From Nageia nagi (taxonomy: Eukaryota; Plantae; Pinophyta), in the NCBI GenBank assembly GCA_050084985.1, contig JBITNC010000001.1, positions 59,086,001-59,150,000 of the forward strand: DNA of 64,000 bases, given 5' to 3'. Position numbers and translations under genes: made by a program. The notes beneath the pieces are model-generated. The model searched no databases and had not been told where the DNA came from. It saw nothing but the letters and a program-made list of their open reading frames with translations. Within the stretch, counting starts at the first letter, position 1. Each line of letters opens with the position of its first letter. Shown here one piece after another: positions 23,290-37,950 of this stretch.

Positions 23290-26200
23290 TATAGCTACAA
23301 GAATCTCATTTGCCCTAAAATTTATGAGATTCTTACCACTTAGCAAATACAACTTCACCTTGTTGCAAGAATTTGGCCTTATACCCTTGGTTTCAATGGG
23401 CACATTTCCAAATGACATTCTTCTTTTGGATGCCATTATTAACTCCTATGACAATTACAATTTGACTATTACAATGAAAGTCCATGGGAAACCTATTTCC
23501 TTCTCTATAAAACCCTCTATTATACATAGATTGATAGGTTTGTCATTCAAGGATGATGAAGAGCATGTCAAATACAAAGGCCACTTTGTTAAATGATAAA
23601 GACAAAATTCATTTGGAAATAAATTATAGTATTCAGGTAGAGTGTTTAATAGGTGAGATATCTAGTATTATGTGTATTAATTTTGATGTATCTTTTATTC
23701 TTTTTTATTTGTTTCACTTTAATGATTTTATAATTTAGTTTATTTTTTGCAATTACATACAATCCCTTGAGAAGGGGTCTCAATTTGTATGATGTCCACA
23801 ACCCTTTCTTGAAAGTTGTTATAAATTTTTTCCAAGCAAGAATAGTTTTATAGGGTAGAGCATTATACATTCCATTTTGGGGGCTCATTTTACATTTTGC
23901 AATGTATTGAGCATAAAATATTAGACTAGTGCTCTTTTATTGCTAATACAATTCGAACTAATATTAGCACTGTCAAAATATCAAATTCTCAAAATGTTTA
24001 CTTGTCCACCTATAACTATTTGTTTGCTTTATACAATGAGGCCCTCTATTCTCTTTAAACTACCCCAATTCCAATAATTAATCTTGGTCAACTCAAAGCC
24101 TTAACACTAATTGTAGAAGAAGTGCAAGTACAAAAGTCATTAATTATGTTTTTATTTAGAATTTTATGGGTACTTAAATTTCAATACAATATTGGTAATT
24201 TTAATGATTCATTAAAAATGTTATTTAACCTTAATACAAAGGATGGCAATAGATTCAATCTTTCGTAGATAGACTACAACAAAAGGAACACAACCAAAGG
24301 ATTATGGAGATTCATAAGGAGAGTTTGACTCACCTTAGTGAGGAACTCTTCAAAAAGGTGTAGGAGAAATGTAAATGTCATCTCAAATTATTATGATAAT
24401 TCTACTATAGTCATATTCCATCTCCTCAATTAAAAAAAATTCTCAAATTAATATTGATGAAGAAAATGAAGTTGAACAACAAGAACAACATAACTCTACT
24501 ATCTCAGTCCTATGTAATTACAGCATTGATGATCATCTTTAGGATACGTTGACATTCATCATGTCTAACCTAATGATGAATTTTAGTGAAATTATCCATG
24601 TTATCATCAGTGAAATTGCCCATACAAACATCCATAAGATTGCATAGATAATTGTTTATGCAATCTCATTGATATCAACATGAATAACTCATTAATAATT
24701 GTTAATTACTTATTTAATATTCATGATGGTCATCTTTAAAATTGTTCATTGCAGATAATAATTTATTCTAGTTTGTAAATATATTTAATTACTTATTGTT
24801 TATATATGCAAACATGTTTCAAAATATAATTTCTCTAGTACGAGTAGGGCAAGTCACACAGACACAACCCATTTCCACAGAATCCACACAACTCTTATAG
24901 CTAGAAGGTGGGAGAAGTTGTTTAAAGTGAATACCTTCATATAATGTTTTATTTTTTTAATAAATTAATAATTTAATAAATTTCATTTTGAATAGTTGTA
25001 TCCTAATATTTTAGTTCCATAGAGCCAATTCCCAATTTTGCAAGCAACACCTCCACCCTCTATTCCTTCTATGAGAGGCTAGGTGAAGTTGTAGCTAAGA
25101 GGAAAATAGATACCTTTAGATGTTTTAGCAAATGCATTAGTTATTTGGAGATTTGATCCTATAATAAGGGATAAAAATAAAAATAATGAAATAGGGAGCC
25201 TCTAGGCCATACAATATTCCATCTCTTGATGAAATCCCAAATTTCACTTTATTAAATATCAATTCAGTTACATGTAACACTATTGGCCTTTACACACCAA
25301 AGCTTGATGAGGATTACCTAAAAGGAATTATGAAGAGCAAGAAAGTGAGGGGAAGGGGAAAGAGTGTCAAATTGGTAATACAACTTGAAATCCTCTATAA
25401 CAGGTAACACAAGTTACACAAGAGACTATGGCTGAACTAAAGTTGTAGAAGAAAATGTAGAAGAAGAGGATGATGATTTAAATTCCTCTATTTCTAGTGA
25501 TAGTTTAATTTCTCAAATATAAAGGGAATAATCAAAAAGTATATTCTTCCTAAACTTCTCAATGCAAATATGTGGGAATATCATGCCAAAGTATTGTTCA
25601 AGGAGATCAATTCAAGGTTTGTAAACCATGGTAAGAGGGAAAGATATTTTTAGAATTAGAAAACTCTCCAGAGAAGTTTGTGGCATATTTCAAAGTAGCC
25701 ACATCAGTAAAGACAAATTTTACTTCTCCATATGCTGACATTGATTCAATCACATTTTAACAAGGTTAGAAAATTTAGATTCTGAAGCTCAACCTACTAC
25801 AATTACTAGAACACTACATGCAAAAGGTAGAAATTGCCAAAGCTATAAAAGTAGTAGAGGTAAAAATTATATTAGCAATTTCATTTTCATTTTTTTATTT
25901 TATTATGGTTTTCATATCTAATTACTAAGTATCATCTTTTTTTTTAATTTTGTATTCCAACTTTGATAATTTGAGAAAATAAGTACACAACTCAGTTTTC
26001 CAAGTTCAAAAAGAAAAGAAAAGTCTAGTTAATGCATCTATGACTAAGGAGAAGCTACTCAAAGCTTTGAATGATAATAATGCACTAAAATTAATAATTA
26101 AATAACATAATATGGACTACCATAATTTTATGAAACAAAAAAAGTAAGGACTAAAGCTACGGTGATACCAGGAGAGAATGGGTGAAAAGATATGAGAAAC

Positions 26201-26350
26201 TTAATACAAACATTTGATATTGCACAAAGATGAGTGTTGAAAGTAGCCTAGTTGGGATCAACATAGCAACCTACATCTATTGAAAGTACCACTCTTAAGG
26301 AACAAAGTGAGGAGATGCCAGAGAATGCTAAGGAGTTTATGTAAAGGACA
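23290..26350 (+). pseudogene. Decayed multi-exon gene remnant between repeat arrays (possible transposon accessory gene)
   Basis: ORF 23279-23596 (FTLLQEFGLIPLVSMG...LLDAIINSYD) and later protein-like patches alternate with T-rich intron-like stretches (about 23640-23750, 24700-25010, 25860-25960). Coiled-coil-like tail. No domain recognised. Confidence 0.4.
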
Positions 26351-26869
26351 ATATTTAATATTTAAACATGAAGTGGGCATATGGAATGATGCTTGTTTCA
26401 TGAAAACATTTTCAAAATGTTTTTAAATTTAGAAAAATGTATTATACTTATTTCTTAAATGGTGTTATTTATATTAAAATCATATTTTTTCAATTATTAC
26501 AATTGTTAGTGTACATTGAATGTTTGCATAAGTATGAACAAATGTTTTTTGAGTATGTTTTTTTTACAACCATTGAATGTTTGTATAATTATGAGTGAAT
26601 GTTATGGATGTATGATCTATTTCCATTAATATGTGATTTAAAATGGTATTTTGTAATGATTCTAGAAAGACATTGAAATATTCAAATGAAAAATAATGAA
26701 CATAACTAAATTAAAAATTTAGAATGTTTGCATACATATTTGTTTAATATTATTATTTTTATAATTTGCATTGGAAACCATGTTCAAATTTCATTACAAT
26801 TAGAAATTTAGAATTGGAATTAAGATCATTTTTGAATCATAGCATTTATATTGAATTTCAAATGTAGAA

Positions 26870-27270
26870 TCATCAGTGTCTTGACACTAACGATCATCAG
26901 TATCCAGGATTTCAAATGTAGAATTGTTAGTTTCTTGAAACTAATGATCATCAGTGTATGACACTAATTATTATTAGTGTTTTGATATGTATGATCATAG
27001 TGTCTTGATACAGATGATTATTAGTGTCTTGATATAGACTATCATCTATGTTATGATAATGACAATCATCTACATCAAAACACATATGAGTGTCTATGTT
27101 AAGACATAGATGAGCATTAATGTCAAGACACAGATGAGCATTAGTTCAGATAAAGATGATTATTAGTGTCAAGACACAAATGATCATATATATATAGACA
27201 TTTATGATCATTTGTATTTAGATACTATGATTGTTTGTATCAATATACTATCGAAACATCTGTGTCAATT
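26870..27270. repeat. Array of gatgatcatc/gatgagcatt motifs with gtgtcttga spacers, about 21-22 bp period
   Basis: Directly visible repeats, e.g. tgatcatcagtgt, agtgtcttgata, gacacagatgagcatt. Confidence 0.88.
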
Positions 27271-27569
27271 ATCAAGATTCAAAAGGTATGCATTCATAAG
27301 AGAAATTAGAATAAGTATATTTAATTTAATCTAATTTAACAAATCTAAAATACAATGTCTACATAACATCATTTAAAAAGAAACATTCACTTGCATCCAT
27401 AGAAGGAAAAATCCATGAAGTTCATAAGTTCTAATAGATTAAATTATATGGATCATAATATAAAAATTAACTCATAGTTATGGTATCTAGAACATATTCA
27501 TAAGAGAACCAACTCGATTAGTGCATGCATCTAAATCTTCTAAACATTCAAAATATGGTCTATAAAGAT

Positions 27570-29290
27570 ATCCTCATCTTCTATTAAATTTGTTTGATTT
27601 ACTCCCCTTCTCTTGCTCAATGATTTCCATAATGCTATTGCTCTATCATAGGGAAATGGTTTCAAAGTATGATGTGAAACATAAATTCACAAACAAATTT
27701 CAAGATTTTTTTCCAATCTATTTCTTATTTTTTATTTAACATACTACAAAGCACTAAGACCCCTTTCATCTTCCATGGAACCTGAAATCATTGTTTGATA
27801 GAGTTTGTATAAATTGAAATACTCTAACATTGAATCTCATAGCATACTACTTGGATACAATTTTTTTCACAATCATGTTATAGAACCAAAACTATAATGC
27901 ATTCAATAATTATTTAAACCAAACAACCATTATCAAGCCAAAAGATCCAAATTGTTGAATCAAATATTTTTTGTTCAAAATTCCATTTATTTTAACACCA
28001 TTTATTTCAATAGTTATTCCAAAATGGTTAACTATATTCTCCATATGTTTATTAAAAAATTAACTTGTATTTTTATAATCTAATATTGAATTCCAAAAAT
28101 TCATATTCACCATAGCCACAGCTTCAAGAAAATCATCTCTACAAAATCTCTCTCTTATTTCTTTGGTTAATGTATCTAAAATTTTATTAAGCTTAATCCT
28201 TGATTCTTGCAAAATTCTTTCAAATCTAACCAGAGTTATAGGAACTTGCTCAAATTTAATTTTATTGTATGACATTACACCTTGTCTTTCGAAACAATAT
28301 AGAGGAATATCAATATTATTGACACTGATGTAAAGTTTATTAACAATATTGAATCTTAAAAAACTATTTGGATTTTTCACATTTGTTAAAGATTTTTAAT
28401 TTTCAAATAGAGGATTTGTAAAATTTGTTTCATACAACCTATTGATAATATAGCATACCATTTTTGTTCACTTATGAAATCAATTATTATAGATCTCCTT
28501 AACATCTTGTCAATTTGTTCATTCATATAACATGGTATCATTCATATAATATTAGTAATTCTCCAATCTATCATGCATATAAATCATAGCTCTATAACAA
28601 CTCTTCTATTTGGTAAAGAAACTTGTCAAAAATTTAATTGGTCAAATACTCTTTTTGCAGTTTAGCATTGAAATCCATTTGGTGTCATATGTTTTAATAT
28701 TCTTTTGCTCATATTTCAAGAGTGAATTGTTAGAATTCGACATTCCTTTTGGAGCTTTTTAAAAAATAAGAATACACTTCATCTATCAATTCCTACACTT
28801 TGGCACCATAAGTATGTGTGCTTACTATTATGTATGTCAAGTTCAATCTATGAGTCATACAATGAATAGGAATCATATATGGAGTAATTAATGTTTAAGA
28901 TGAATAGAAAGTTCATTTCTATTTCCTTGCATTACTAAAGCACCATATACACCTACATATATTAGCTTTCTGATAATTTCTACATAATCCATATTAGCAA
29001 TCTCTTCCAAATTGATTACAACAAGATTGAAAAGGTTTTCTAAATTACAAATTTCTTTCATTCTATGTATTGTTAGAAAATGGGGTTTTCTAACATATTT
29101 GATGAATGTGTAAACATGTATACATACCTAGGATATGCTATGTACCATATTTACCTTATTAATTGATACAAAAATGAATTTTGATTTTTTTACACTTTTC
29201 ACTAAATCTTCCTTTTTGACCAATGCAAGATATTTAGCCATTTTGTACCCACTTCGATCAAACCAATGAGAACTTGAGAGGTGCTTCACA
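27570..29290 (-). pseudogene. hAT-family (ZNF862-like) transposase, 3' part
   Basis: SSSHWFDRSGYKMAKY...KFIFVSINKV (in ORF 29128-29442), ORF 28060-28380, and a C-terminal hAT dimerisation-like EYFNLYKL...GSMEDERGLSAL...KIRNRL...FPYDRAIALW at about 27620-27830. Confidence 0.82.
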
Positions 29291-29295
29291 CTTGC

Positions 29296-29800
29296 TAAAG
29301 GAACTAACACTAAGAAGATAATTCCTAAGCAATCAAGATCTCTTGAAAGCTTAAAATACACATATAACAAACTCACAAATAATACAATTTTAGAAAGTAA
29401 CTCACGATTTAAAGTGGTTCCTCCAACTAGGATTCCATCCACTAACTAAATCTTTACTTCAATCACAAATACAACTCTCTTACAATCTTCTTAGTCTTAA
29501 ATTCTACACTTCTATCTTATAGCATAACTTTATCTACAAATCGGTATTTTATTACAAAGTGGAAGCCTTCTATTTATAGGCCAAAATCTCTCTTTGGATC
29601 ACCTTTTTATCCAATGTACAAAAGCATGACATGCACATCCTTTTACCTAAGGGGCATGCTCAATACATGGAGTGTAGGACAAGTTACATTATCATATTCA
29701 CTTAAATACTTAGGGGATCAAATGATACCTTTAAGTTTTAGTGAACTTACATAGAAGATTTAATACAAACCTTTACAAGAATGCATTATACATTCCAACA
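29296..29800 (-). repeat. Copia 3' LTR
   Basis: Ends cattatacattccaaca like 37110. Matches 36704-37110 from 29396 onward. Confidence 0.9.
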
Positions 29801-30619
29801 CTCCTCCTTAATGCAATATTGGGATAGAGCAAGTAAGAGAGAAGAAGAAGAGAAAGTAAGAGAGTCATCCTCCAAATAGATACAATGGATATGAGAACTT
29901 TTGATATATTTGTAAAGTAAGAAAGATCTAATTTGAGACTTACTACTTTGCCAAATAAATCATTAACCACAACCAATTTCAATGTGAAGTAATCATCCAA
30001 TTGGAAGTCATGAAGAGTGTCTAAGAGCCTGCATACCTAAGGTAAGTAACTTACAATCTCAAAGGAACCTACAAGTCATAAGTAGCTCAAATAACAAGAT
30101 CAATTAGATGCAACATATTTATCTCATCAAGGATAGATGAAATCACACAAATGCCATCATGAATTGATCAATGTACTATAAGTCATCATGAAGATGCCAT
30201 GTCAAAAAAACTTATAGTCACCTACTATATATAAAACATATATTGATTATCATTACAAAATAGATCATACATATACAAGTTCTTCATATATGGATAACAA
30301 AATAGTGCCAAAAGACACATAAAAGTTCCTCACATATGGATAACTAAACAATGCTAGATTGACCAAAAAAAGAGTATGCACATACGAGTTCCTCTCATAT
30401 GGATAATTGAATAGTGCCAAAAGACATATAAGAGTTCCTCACATAATTTGTATAATAAGTTTCTCATGCAAAGCAAACTTACCATGAAAGTGTACAACAA
30501 AATCAACACTATACAGCACAAAATCCTTTTAAGGATGAAGTTGTCACCACAAATATGAATTCAACATAAGAATTCAAACTTCACCCCCCTTTAGGGCAAC
30601 TTCACCAACCTAATAGCAA

Positions 30620-33600
30620 TTCTAAGCTTACAAAATTGAGCTTTCAAGAGGAGCTTAGTGAAAAATCAATGAAGTTCAAGGTGGATGGACAATACTCTAG
30701 ATGTATGATACCATCAAGAACCTTCTTCCTAATAAAATGGGCATGGATTTTCATATGTTTTATTCTTTTATGGAACATAGGATTCTTAGAAAAAAAATAT
30801 TTTGATTGATTATCTAAAGAAATCAAATATGAGCCACTTTTATTCATACCTAATTTCTTTTAGAAGATGTCTTAGCCAAATGGCTTCTTAGGCTACAATA
30901 GATATGGCATAATATTCAACTTCTATGGTGGAAAGAGAAATAGTAGGTTGATTCTTGGAAGCCCAAGAGATAGCTTTTAAACCAATGCTAAATACATACA
31001 TAGAGGTTGACTTCCTATCATCTCTATCTCCCCCATAGTTAGAATCTAAGAATCGAAAGAGAACAAATGAGGGTAAATTAGAATACTTGAAAGCAAGATC
31101 GTTAGTCCTTCCAACATAACTCAAGATTTGCTTAACAAAATTGAGGTGCTTAACATAAGGTTTTTGCATGAATTGTGCCATCAGATTCATTGCAAAGGTA
31201 ATATCTATCCTAAATATAATCAAATACAAAAGACTACCAATTAATTATCTATAAGTTGTAGCATTAGCTAACTGAAAGTTGGAGTTTAGAGAAATAATGA
31301 TTCTAGGAGAGACTAGTATTATAGCATATCTACACTTCTCCATTTCAAACTTCTATAAGATGTTTGATATACTTATATTGACTAAGTATAATCCTTGTAT
31401 TGATACACTTGCATTTCAAGATAGTAGTGCAAGAGACCAAGATCAATCATTTCTAATATTACCTTAAGTTTGGATATGCAATCTTGAATAATTTCATCAT
31501 TATTCCTAGTATTCAAAAGATCATCCATATAAAGGAGAATCAATACCACATCTTTTCTTTGATTGAGCACATATAGATTTGAGTTATAAAAACACTTAGA
31601 GAACCAATATCTGCAAAGTACCTTGAAATCTTTCTATATCAGGCTCAAGGTACTAACTTAAGTCCATACATTGACTTTTTTAGCTTGCATACAAAGGACT
31701 CTTTTCCCTTCATAATAAACCCTTTTGGTTGATTCATGAAGATTTCCAAATCCAATTCACTATTGAAAAAGCCACTCTTAACATCAAGTTGAAAAACTTT
31801 TCATCCTTGAGCTATAGAAAGAGCAAAGATAACTCTCATAGTAGGCATCTTTGCCATAAGAGCAGAGGTTTTCTCATAATCTACATCATATTTTTGAGCA
31901 AAACCTTTAGCTACAACCCTTGCCTTATATTTTTCAATATCTTTTACTAAATTTAATTTTACCTTATATATCCACTTATTAACAAACACATTCTTTTCAT
32001 TGGGATAAGGAACCAAGTCCCAAGTTTTATTTTTCATAAGCACCTCATACTCCACTTTCATGGCTTCCATACAACACTCATGCTTAGAAGATTCTTTGAA
32101 GGTTGAGGGCTCATGCTTGTTATTAATCTTAGAAATTAAGGATTTGTTCAAGGTCATGCTCCTTATTACCCTTTGAGTTGGAGAGTTTTATTTCTAAGAT
32201 GACTTGTCTACATTAATATCTAACTAGCCAGGTGTAACTAAAGAGTCCTTTAGATCACCAATATCCTCATTAGAATTAGATTCATCAAGAAGTTTATTAA
32301 ACTTTACATCTCTTGAAATGAATATTGCTTTATATGTTGGAGAGTAGAGCCTATAGCCTCTATGCTAGCTATTATAACCCATAAAGATATATTTTTTAAC
32401 TCTTTTTTTCCAACTTCTTCCCTTTCTCAAAAACAATGTAAGAGAATGCTTCACAACCAAACATCCTAAGGTGAGAAATGTTAGGTTTTCTTCTTGACCA
32501 TGCCTTAAAAATAATTTTACTCTAAATGGATTTTATGGGACACCTATTCAAGGTGTAAATAGTAGTACTCATAGCTTCACCCCATAAGAATTTAAGAAGA
32601 TTACCCAACATACATCTAACCATCTCCATAATTGTTCTATTTTTCTTTTCGACAACACCGTTCTACTGAGAAGTGTATGGAATTATAAACTACCTCTAGA
32701 TTTTATACTTGGTATAATAGTTATTGAACTCATTACTATTATATTATTCTCCATTATCTGATCTCAACATCTTCAATTTAAGGTTAGTTTGATTCTCAAC
32801 AAAGGCTTTAAAAACCTTAAAACTTTTAAATGTTTAATACTTATGCTCAAGTAGATACCAAAGGTCATCCTATTAAATTCATTAATGAAGGTTAAGACAT
32901 AAGATGCTCCTCCAAGTGATTTAGTTTGAAATAGACCTATCAAATCTGAATGCACAAGTTGAAGAGATTGAGATGCTCTTGTTGTATTATTATTTTCAAA
33001 CTTTTGTCTATGCATATTACCAAAAAATCACTTCTTACATAGACCAACTAAAGAGAAATTGAAGGCAAATCTTCCATAAGTTCTTTGTCTTTCATGAATT
33101 GAATACTCTTATGGTTAAAGTGCCTTAAATGAGGATGCCAAACATTGCATTTAGAACACACATTAGAAGCAAGACACATCTTTGATGAAACTTGATTCAC
33201 AATATAGAGGTTATCTTTCACAAATTCTTTAACCAAAGTGGTGAATCCTTTTGTAATGAATTGGGATTAAGAGTCAAACTCAAAAGAGTATCTTTTTCTA
33301 GCAACTAGGATCATGGAGAGAAATTTCATCCTTAACTTAGGAACATAGAGAACTTTACAAAAACCTTTTCATGAATCAACATACTTCCAATTCCTTGGAC
33401 TTCAATGGTAGAGTTATCACCTATCACAACTACATCTTTTTTATACTTGTGAAAGTTCTCAAATTTTTCCTTTTCAAAGCATAGGTGATTAGTGCAACTA
33501 GAGTCAACAATCCATTTTGATGAAAAAGATTAAGACATGGAGTAGAGTGTCATAACAAAACTAGCATAAATATTCTCTCTCCTTTGTACTTATTTACATT

Positions 33601-34520
33601 TACCATTGCCTTTATTCTTTTCCTCTCTTTTCTTTTTGTAGTAATCAATTTCTTTATGATCTTGAATGCCATAATAATTACAATTACCATCAAACTTTTC
33701 CTTAGGATAAGGAGTGTTTGCTTTGTCTTTTCTTTCTCTTTTCTTGAAATGATTATTGTTGCCATTCTTTTTACTACTTGGTTGTTATTTCTATTATTCT
33801 TGCTATTTTTGTAGCCATTGCCTCTCTTTCCAAACCTTTTGGAGGAAGAATGATAAAATTTCTTTTGATAGTTGAAATTCTTCTTGAAAAGAGTTTTCAT
33901 TGCTCCAAGAGCAATGTTATTATCCTTAGGAGAAGAAATAAAAACTTTATTGTTAAGAGTTTTCTCATGCTTCAAAAGGTGTTTTGAAAGTTTCTCAAGG
34001 GAGAAGACTTATTCATCATCAAGTCTTATTTCATAACCATTACAAAGTTTCCAAACTTTGAAGAAAGGATTTGAAGAAAGATGAAGACCATAAGCTCATC
34101 ATTAATCCAATTGCCCCACAACAATAAGTTGGGTCCTTAGGTCAATGATTTTGTTTAAGTAGATAGCCACATTTTCATCTTCCCTTGATGAGATTGAAGC
34201 AACTTTTGAAGAATGGTAAATCTTCTTGAAAGGTTTGAATCAAGGTAGATTTGTTTAAGCTTATCCCACATTTCCTTTACTAAGGTTGAAAAAAAATTAT
34301 TAGCAGCACATCATCTAAAACTACATGGTAAATCATGGAGGTTCCAACTCATTCTTTGTGTTGTAAGCCTTTAGTGCCTTCTCATCTATAGGAGGTATAA
34401 GGTTCTCATTCATTATTTGCCAAAGCTTCCTTGTCTGCAATTCAACTCTCATCCAAGGTTCCCAAATCCCATAGTTGGAATCATCAAGAATGTGTTTGGG
34501 TAAAAAGGATTATTTCATTT
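30620..34520 (-). pseudogene. Copia gag-pol remnant
   Basis: Gag NYGIWEPWM...LW (about 34420-34480), protease WIVDSSCTNH (about 33490-33515), GAG-pre-integrase VWH.HL.H, integrase LQLVHSDLIG, RT KTWDLV...KYKARVVAKGFAQ and LYMDDLL, RNase H DSNYGGDRDDRKSTS...ISWASK and FHKRIKH. Confidence 0.93.
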
Positions 34521-36703
34521 GCTACAAAAGAATGTGAAATAATAAGCATGTAGTTTCAATAAATTAAAATAATATATGTTATATTTAACACTAAATACAT
34601 GCTTGATTTGATTTACAAGTGTAAATGTTTTATAATTCAAATAATAACCCATGTACCCAAATATATTTCTCATCTCAAGAATTGTAGATGTAGAGTGACA
34701 TTGTTGAGGCTTATTTTTCTATCAAAAAATAGGTCTTCACCTAGATGCCCACACAAGAGGAGCCCAGGTCCTACTAATCCTCAAGCAATTCACCTTGGGT
34801 AGCAATATACTCTCACAAGGATAAGTACTAGCTATTTTTCAAAGTTTAAATATTTATTGGATTGACCAAATTATTAATTTTGATTAGGTTTCAAATTTTC
34901 CTCCTAGGTTATCAAGATAATCCTTGAAATACATGTGTGGACATGTGGTATCACTACACACATGCTTATCTACCTAATAGAGTTATGTTCAAATCAATAG
35001 AGAATGTAAGGGCAATTAAGAAGTATGAACTTTTCACCACTTGGATCATTAGACTTAAAGGCTCCAATTTGCTTATCCTCACCTCATGCCTCCTCAAACA
35101 AGTCATGTTGTAGAATGTACATGTGGATGTGTTCATTTGAGGGGCTTAATCATATCAATGTTTGCATTTTTGTTTGCATAAGTAAAAAATGAAACATAAA
35201 GTAAGGAACATAAATAAAACATCATCTATTTAATTTAAAACATAAATTTCCAATGGGTTTTATTTACCAACCCCTAAAGGACATCTTTACATCATTCTTA
35301 TTTTTGCACAAGTTTATTTATTAACTTTGCATAAGGAATAAATACTTAAGCATAAACTAAATACTCAAGCATAAACATGCATAGCTTGAAGATATCCCAT
35401 CAAATATACCATGCAACATTTCCATAACTTGCATAAGGAAGTAAAAAGCATTATAACTTAAGTAATAAACATACATTATTCCAACTTAAGTACTAAACAT
35501 GCATTATTCCAACTTATGTACTAAGCATGCATTATTATTTTAACTTAAAATTTTTTAATTTATAAGCATAAGCATGCATTATTGACCTAAAAAATCTATG
35601 TCCCTAAAAAATTTAAAGTAAAGGAATTCCACACATATTTCTCCCTCCTTTTACTTTAAATTGATGTTTAAGCAATATGATAAGTACTTGAAAAAAATTT
35701 ACGTAATTACAAATGTACTTTTACTTCAAGGTAAAAAAAATACCTATCATAATATCAAAAAAGAAAAGGAATTATGTATTTTAAATTTTAACACTTAGTA
35801 AGCAATGATGATGATAAATACTTTTATAAATTACCTTTTAATGTCAAGTAAAAAACTAATTTTGACATTAAAAAATATACTTAAGTAAAATATCTCAAGT
35901 AAAATATCTTCCCCAAAAATTGGCATATTTAAAAAAATAAACACTTTGACTCAACCATTAATGCATTTTTCTTCTAAGCACACTAAGTCAATAAGGCACA
36001 TCAAATTCCCTTACACATTCCAAGCATTTAAAGTAGGTAGTAATGATGAGAAGTTTTCTAGCAAGCAACAAAAAAATAAATGCAAAAAAAGGCATTTTTT
36101 CTTGGTTGAAAAAAAAGGCATGCAAGCAACCCAAAAAAAAACTTTAGAGAAGGAAAAAAAATTAAATGAACCTCATTAAAGGGAAACATGTTCAAATGAG
36201 TAGTTGGAAAAAAAATAAGGCCAACACCATCACTAGTGAGGATCCACAAGGAGCTATGTGCATAGGGGAGATAAAATAAAAAAAAAGGACTGCATGAGAT
36301 GGGAAGCACAGAGAAGGTTGTGCATAAGAAATTGTGTGATGGGGATGGCAGGTTGTTGTAGGGCCATGATAGGGTCAACAAGTGATAGTAGGTCTAAGGG
36401 TTTACAATGGAGTAGCTTCAGATGGTAAAGGGTTGATAGGAAGTCCACAAAGGGAGAAAAAATCATGTCATCAACAAATTGGGCCACTATCACTACCACA
36501 TAGTTGGACAAAAGGAATGGGTTAAGTGCCTTAAGCAACTATGAGGTAGGGGTGCCACCATCGCATGGAGGAAGAGGCAAGTAGGCAACTTCTTATACTA
36601 AGCCAATAGAGAGTGTTAAAAGCACAAGGGAGGTGGATGGTGGGTAAGAGGCTAACAAGGGAGAGAGCTAAGCATGAAGAGGGAGAGGGAAAGGGACAAG
36701 GAG

Positions 36704-37110
36704 GAGTAACTCAAGATGTAATGTGGTTCTTCAAACTAGGAGTACATCCACTAACTATATCTTTACTTCAATCACAAATACAACTCTCCTACAATCCTCC
36801 TAATCTCAACTCCTACACTTCTATCCATAACATAACTTTACTCCACAAATTGGTTTTTTATTATAAAGAGAGAGCCTTCTATTTATAGGCCAACATCCTA
36901 CTTTGGACCACCCTTTTATCCAATGTATAAAAGCATAACATGCACATTCTTTTATCCAAGGGCCATGCTCATGACATTGAGTGTTGGACAAGTTACATTA
37001 TCATATTCACTTAAATATTTAAGGTATCAAATGATACCCTTAAGTATTAGTGAACTTACGTAGAAGATTTATATACAAATCTTTACAATAATACATTATA
37101 CATTCCAACA
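36704..37110 (-). repeat. Copia 5' LTR (inner end truncated, no PBS seen)
   Basis: Matches 29396-29800 at roughly 88-90%. No similarity left of 36704. Confidence 0.88.
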
Positions 37111-37115
37111 CTTGC

Positions 37116-37950
37116 TAAATCAAAAAGTATTTTATGATTATAAAAATCTATTATTGGTATGCCCTATTTCAAAAGATAAAATATAATAGCAAATTGTAAA
37201 CTTTTTGAAACTAATGTTTTATCTTTTGCTTTTCTATATTCCACTATAATTATTGCACCAGTTTGATCATGAATTTGTTTTTCTTCCAACATATTGTTAT
37301 ATTCAATTTCATATTTCTTATGAAAATATTTAGTCTCAACCTTTACTATTTATTTTTTTTCTAACTATTCCATCTTGGTCTATTATTTTCACATATACCT
37401 TTCCATAATATTTTTCAATTGTATCATATTTGAGTTGCATCTTCTGATTCCATCCTAATTTCCAAGAAAAAATCTTGTCTTTGCATTTTGTTAGTGGGTC
37501 ACCATTCTCATGAAGCATAGGGACAATGAATGAAAATTGTGATGATCACTCCTCCTTAAATGATCTTCCAATAGACCAATGACTTTGTTTTTTATTAGCT
37601 TTCAATGAAGCGTTACTAGTAGATTTAGGTTTTTGTATATTTTTTTTTATCTTTTTCAAATTTGATATTTTGAATTTCAATAGGATTTTTAGGAGCTATA
37701 GTAGCTGCATTAGGTTCAAAATCTATGCATTTGTGGTTCACAATATTATCATTTTCATGCATATCATCATCAAATGTTTCTTCAAGTGATGGGATATCAG
37801 GATTGATATAGTTATTAACATGATTTTTAAGTTGTCTCATATTAGGATTAGTTGTATTTTGAAAAATATCATCAAATGGTGGCATATTTAGATCAATGAA
37901 ATTTTCAAAAATATCTTCAATTAGCTACTTATTTGGATCAATAGTTTTCT
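37116..37950 (-). pseudogene. hAT-family transposase, 5' part
   Basis: QFAIIFYLLK.GIPIIDFYNHKILFDL joins in frame to ASVKHLSSSHW once the Copia and one TSD are removed. ORFs 37336-37518 and 37625-37885 lie upstream. Confidence 0.78.

Larger units (their letters stand above)
29296..37110 (-). mobile_element. Near full-length decayed Copia LTR retrotransposon inserted in the hAT transposase
   Basis: TSD CTTGC at 29291-29295 and 37111-37115, paired LTRs, PPT complement ctcctcct at 29801, and gag-PR-IN-RT-RH order on the minus strand. Confidence 0.93.

Noticed and set aside
33584-33987. Hydrophobic ORFs resembling membrane proteins (also 17900-18127, 36058-36538, 54437-54697)
   Set aside because: They are antisense shadows of A-rich TE sequence.
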